DNA of 64,000 bases from Bdellovibrionales bacterium (GTDB lineage Bacteria > Bdellovibrionota > Bdellovibrionia > Bdellovibrionales > JAUICD01): positions 1,408,001 to 1,472,000 of the forward strand of contig OZ241865.1 of the NCBI GenBank assembly GCA_965203275.1, in the 5' to 3' direction. The translations under genes and the position numbers were made by a program. The notes under the pieces were generated by a model. It saw only the letters and a list, made by a program, of their open reading frames with translations, was not told the DNA's origin and ran no database searches. This document shows positions 60,665-64,000 of the stretch, in pieces. Each line of letters begins with the position of its first letter. Position 1 is the stretch's first letter.

Positions 60665-60937
60665 GTTTAAATATTAAGATATTAAGAGAGAATAACTAAT
60701 AGGAGGATGCTTATTTTTCCGTAGCGGTTATTTTCAGAAAGCTTAGGCATGTAACATACTAAAAACTCTTGTTTTTTAAGATCATGTATGGAGGGACTAT
60801 AAGATAGTCCATCGCTATTGCTTTTCTATTTATTTTATTATAGAATCTATTTGTAAGGATGTGAGTTGATTTCGAAAGTTGATGTGTTAATGATATAATT
60901 TTATAAAATTCATAATAAATTTCATAAAAATAACAAA

Positions 60938-61279
60938 ATGATGGGGATCAACATGATACAAATTTCTGAGCTGGCAGCAAAACAAATTGCCCAGTTGAAA
61001 AATCAAGACAGTCACTTAGATGCTTTTTTAAGAGTTTCTGTGATGGGGGGAGGATGCTCTGGAATGTCTTATAAAATGAAATTTGACACTCAAACCAATG
61101 AGAAAGATCATATTTTTGAAGATAAAGGTGTTAAGTTGGTTATCGACTCTAAAAGTTATCTGTATCTTGTAGGTACAACTCTTGATTTTGACGGAGGTCT
61201 TAATGGACAAGGGTTTAGTTTTCAAAATCCCAATGCTTCTAAAACTTGTGGTTGCGGATCTTCTTTTTCCGTAAAATAA
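60938..61279 (+). CDS. Iron-sulfur cluster assembly accessory protein (IscA/ErpA/HesB family)
   Basis: GGGCSGMSY, NPNASKTCGCGSSF. Confidence 0.95.
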   Translation: MMGINMIQISELAAKQIAQLKNQDSHLDAFLRVSVMGGGCSGMSYKMKFDTQTNEKDHIFEDKGVKLVIDSKSYLYLVGTTLDFDGGLNGQGFSFQNPNASKTCGCGSSFSVK

Positions 61280-61301
61280 AATTTATAAAAGAGGGATCAT
61301 T

Positions 61302-62357
61302 ATGAGCAGTACAGAAGATAATCCTATCGGCATTTTAGGTGTTGAATTTTTAGAGTATGCCACTCCAGAAATCAAAAAACCTTCCTCTGCATTAGATCAT
61401 TTGTTTCATTCTTTTGCTTTTGAAAAAATAGCGTCACATAAGGAAAAAAACATTCACCTTTATCATCAAGGCCATATCCATTTTATTGTGAACCATGATG
61501 CAAAAGGCTTTGCTGCAAAATTTAAAGGAAGGCACGGTCCTTCTCTCTGCTCTATGGCTTTGAGAACAACCAATGCACAAGAAGCACTTAAAAAAGCCAT
61601 TGCCAGAGGTGGCAAACCTGTTAATGAAACACTAGACTATAATTGGCCTGCCATCTACGGCATTGGTGATTCTGTTATTTATTTTGTAGACTTTCAAGAT
61701 AGAGACTCTCATTTATATGAAATTTACGAACCCTTATTTGACATGCACAAAACATCTTTTATAGAAGGCTTTGGACTTCAAAGGATAGATCATCTTACAA
61801 ACAATGTTCCTCAAGGTGCAATGTTGAAGTGGCAAAGTTTTTATGAAACTGTTTTTAACTTTAAAGAAACCCGTTATTTTGACATTCGAGGTGAAAAGAC
61901 AGGGTTGCTCTCTAAAGTAATGACCTCACCTGGAGGTTCTGTCGTGATCCCTATCAATGAACCCACTGATTCTAAAAGTCAAATCCAAGAGTACTTAGAT
62001 GAATACAAAGGTTCGGGTGTGCAGCATATTGCCCTTGCTACTTCAGATATTATTCATGCGGTGGCTTCCTTACGTAAGGCAGGAGTAGAATTTTTAGATG
62101 TACCAGACACCTATTATGAAGCTTTGCCTCAAAGGCTTCCAAATTTAACAGAAGATATTCATACGCTCAAAGATTTGAAAATACTAGCTGATGGAGATGA
62201 CCAAGGTTATCTATTACAAATTTTTACAAAAAACATTATAGGACCTATCTTTTTTGAAATCATTCAAAGGAAAAACCATGATGGTTTTGGAGAAGGTAAC
62301 TTTCAAGCTTTGTTTGATGCAATAGAAAGAGATCAAAAAAGACGTGGCTATCTGTAA
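61302..62357 (+). CDS. hppD: 4-hydroxyphenylpyruvate dioxygenase
   Basis: IDHLTNNV, GVQHIAL, LLQIFT, FFEIIQRK..GFGEGNFQALF. Confidence 0.96.
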   Translation: MSSTEDNPIGILGVEFLEYATPEIKKPSSALDHLFHSFAFEKIASHKEKNIHLYHQGHIHFIVNHDAKGFAAKFKGRHGPSLCSMALRTTNAQEALKKAIARGGKPVNETLDYNWPAIYGIGDSVIYFVDFQDRDSHLYEIYEPLFDMHKTSFIEGFGLQRIDHLTNNVPQGAMLKWQSFYETVFNFKETRYFDIRGEKTGLLSKVMTSPGGSVVIPINEPTDSKSQIQEYLDEYKGSGVQHIALATSDIIHAVASLRKAGVEFLDVPDTYYEALPQRLPNLTEDIHTLKDLKILADGDDQGYLLQIFTKNIIGPIFFEIIQRKNHDGFGEGNFQALFDAIERDQKRRGYL

Positions 62358-63315
62358 TCATAATGGTTTATTCACAATCATTGCTTTTGTCTTGACTTGT
62401 TTTTGTCTGACTCAACATATAGTAGCATTGGAATCTTCTGATCATCTCTTAGCACAAAATAAAACCAGTCAAAATAAAAAGAACAAAATCGTTATAGATG
62501 ATATTTCTTATGGTGAAATGGTCAGGGAGCAGAGAACAAATAACCCCAAACCTCTTATACTGCCTTATCGTCAAAGGAGAAAAACATGGGGTGCAACTTT
62601 GTCACTTGGTTATTCTCTGTGGAATCCTGATAATTATGTGTCTTTTTTTAGAGTTACTCCACAGCCAGGGCAACCACAGCCTCAACAGCCACAAGGTCAA
62701 TCGTTTGAAAGTTTATATGGATCGCCCTCCATTGGATATATTTCATTTTTAGCTTCTGTTAAATTAAATAATCCAATGGGTGCATTTTCTTTAGGCTTAG
62801 GGGCTGGTTATTATGGCAACAGAAGTGAAGATGAAAATTTACGTTTGCACGTCATCCCTCTTGTGTTAGAGGCGACGTTGACAATAGACACTGTAATGAA
62901 AGAGCCTTACGTTGCTCCATTTGGTGGTGTAGGCTTAGCATACGTAACCTTTATAGAAAGCCAAACATTAGCGTCGCAGGGTAATCCTAACCCTGGTAAC
63001 CCCGGTAATCCTGACAACCCTAATCTTCCAGAAGATGATGGAACATTGCGAGAGAGGGCAGGTCAATTCGCTTTGTATTTTAATGCAGGTCTTCTTATTC
63101 AATTAAATTGGCTAGAGCCAAGTGCAGCAAGGTCATTATATTTAAGTGGTGTTGAAAATACTTACATTAAAGCAGGTGTTATGAAGTTTTTCAGAAATAT
63201 TAATTTTAGAGGGGATGCACCCACAAACCCTAATAATGATCCAAGTATTAATAATGAGAATAAAGACCTCATAAGTGATCTTACTTTTTATCTTGGCCTT
63301 CAGCTTGAGTTTTAA
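62344..63315 (+). CDS. Outer-membrane beta-barrel-like protein
   Basis: Signal peptide, alternating beta-strands, C-terminal YLGLQLEF; QP- and NP-rich loop insertions. Confidence 0.7.
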   Translation: MAICNHNGLFTIIAFVLTCFCLTQHIVALESSDHLLAQNKTSQNKKNKIVIDDISYGEMVREQRTNNPKPLILPYRQRRKTWGATLSLGYSLWNPDNYVSFFRVTPQPGQPQPQQPQGQSFESLYGSPSIGYISFLASVKLNNPMGAFSLGLGAGYYGNRSEDENLRLHVIPLVLEATLTIDTVMKEPYVAPFGGVGLAYVTFIESQTLASQGNPNPGNPGNPDNPNLPEDDGTLRERAGQFALYFNAGLLIQLNWLEPSAARSLYLSGVENTYIKAGVMKFFRNINFRGDAPTNPNNDPSINNENKDLISDLTFYLGLQLEF

Positions 63316-63450
63316 AGTTTAAGTTTTTAATTTAGTTTTTTTAATCTAAGTTTTTAATCTAAGTTTTCGATTCTTCTTTTAATCTTTTTATCTTATTTTT
63401 TAATCTCATTTTTTAATCTCATTTTTTAATCTTATTTTTTAATCCTATTC
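63314..63450. repeat. Degenerate ~12-13-bp short tandem repeats (ttttaatct…)
   Basis: aagtttttaatct and cattttttaatct reiterations. Confidence 0.6.
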
Positions 63451-63524
63451 TTTAAAAAAGATTTTTAAAAGGACCTGGCAAATAAATCTTATATTTTGCT
63501 TAACAATATGTGACACTATATTTC

Positions 63525-64000
63525 ATGCATATTGATATTCAAAAAAGCTTTCCTTTGTTTCATATAGTATTGGTAGAGCCTGAAATCCCTGGTAATACGG
63601 GGAATATTGGTAGAACTTGCGTAGGGATGAACTGCCTACTTCATATTGTAGGTCAACCTTCATTTGAGATCAGTGATAAGATGGCACGGAGGGCAGGGTT
63701 AGATTATTGGCCTTATTTAAAGATTTTAAGGCATGAGTCTTTTGCAGATTTTGAAGATTACATTGGTGGCACATCTCGCATGTTTTTATTATCTACAAAA
63801 GCTCATGTTTCTATTTTTGATACTTCTTTGCAACATGGAGATTATTTTGTATTTGGTAAAGAGACCAAAGGTTTAAGTCAAGATATTTTGGATAAATATC
63901 CCAAGCAAATGATAGGATTGCCCATGTTTGGACCTATCCGCAGTCATAATTTAGCTAATGCTGTCACAGCAGTTGTTTATGAAGCCACTCGACAAATCAC
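63525..64000 (+). CDS. trmL: tRNA (cytidine(34)-2'-O)-methyltransferase, runs off window
   Basis: Manual translation from ATG 63525: IVLVEPEIPGNTGNIGRTC, RRAGLDYW, FGKETKGL, RSHNLANA…YEATRQ. Confidence 0.93.
   Translation, partial: MHIDIQKSFPLFHIVLVEPEIPGNTGNIGRTCVGMNCLLHIVGQPSFEISDKMARRAGLDYWPYLKILRHESFADFEDYIGGTSRMFLLSTKAHVSIFDTSLQHGDYFVFGKETKGLSQDILDKYPKQMIGLPMFGPIRSHNLANAVTAVVYEATRQI

Overview
AT-rich bacterial chromosomal window. It is most likely Bdellovibrionota/Oligoflexia, inferred from the FQNC-type lipoprotein leader, the AxA-cleaved secreted Cys-rich proteins and the housekeeping gene style. Housekeeping blocks (split transketolase, Leu/Val dehydrogenase, tolA/tonB-like, prs-rplY, bamB/yfgM-like, anmK, rph, iscA/erpA, hppD, trmL) alternate with large accessory zones. 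The main signal is a dispersed family of ~105-nt intergenic elements (about 11 full-length units plus fragments; clusters at 2.4-3.7, 21.2-22.0 and 47.6-49.1 kb). Their stem sequences differ between copies but keep the same three-way-junction fold through compensatory changes. Loops and junctions are near-invariant (CTACT[A/C]AAA, GC-GNNA-GC, CC-AGA-GG, GTGAAAC), and units sit at gene truncation or cassette boundaries. Other features: (i) G12-G16 homopolymer tracts at the 5' ends of a pilin-like gene and three paralogous secreted proteins, suggesting phase variation; (ii) an Rpn (PD-(D/E)xK) nuclease followed by tandem free-standing copies of its own internal RpnS-like C-terminus, plus an orphan RpnS-like ORF; (iii) three paralogous secreted genes that bracket defence/TA cargo (aspartyl-protease pair, ImmA/IrrE with deleted PIN partner, Panacea TA, SIR2-STAND); (iv) a fused R-M-S enzyme; (v) ankyrin-metalloprotease and Cys-rich repeat surface proteins; (vi) a small gene with two tandem A-AAA-AAG slippery sites. 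No rRNA, tRNA, CRISPR array, reverse transcriptase, integrase or HUH transposase was seen. All calls come from reading motifs by eye; no database searches were run.
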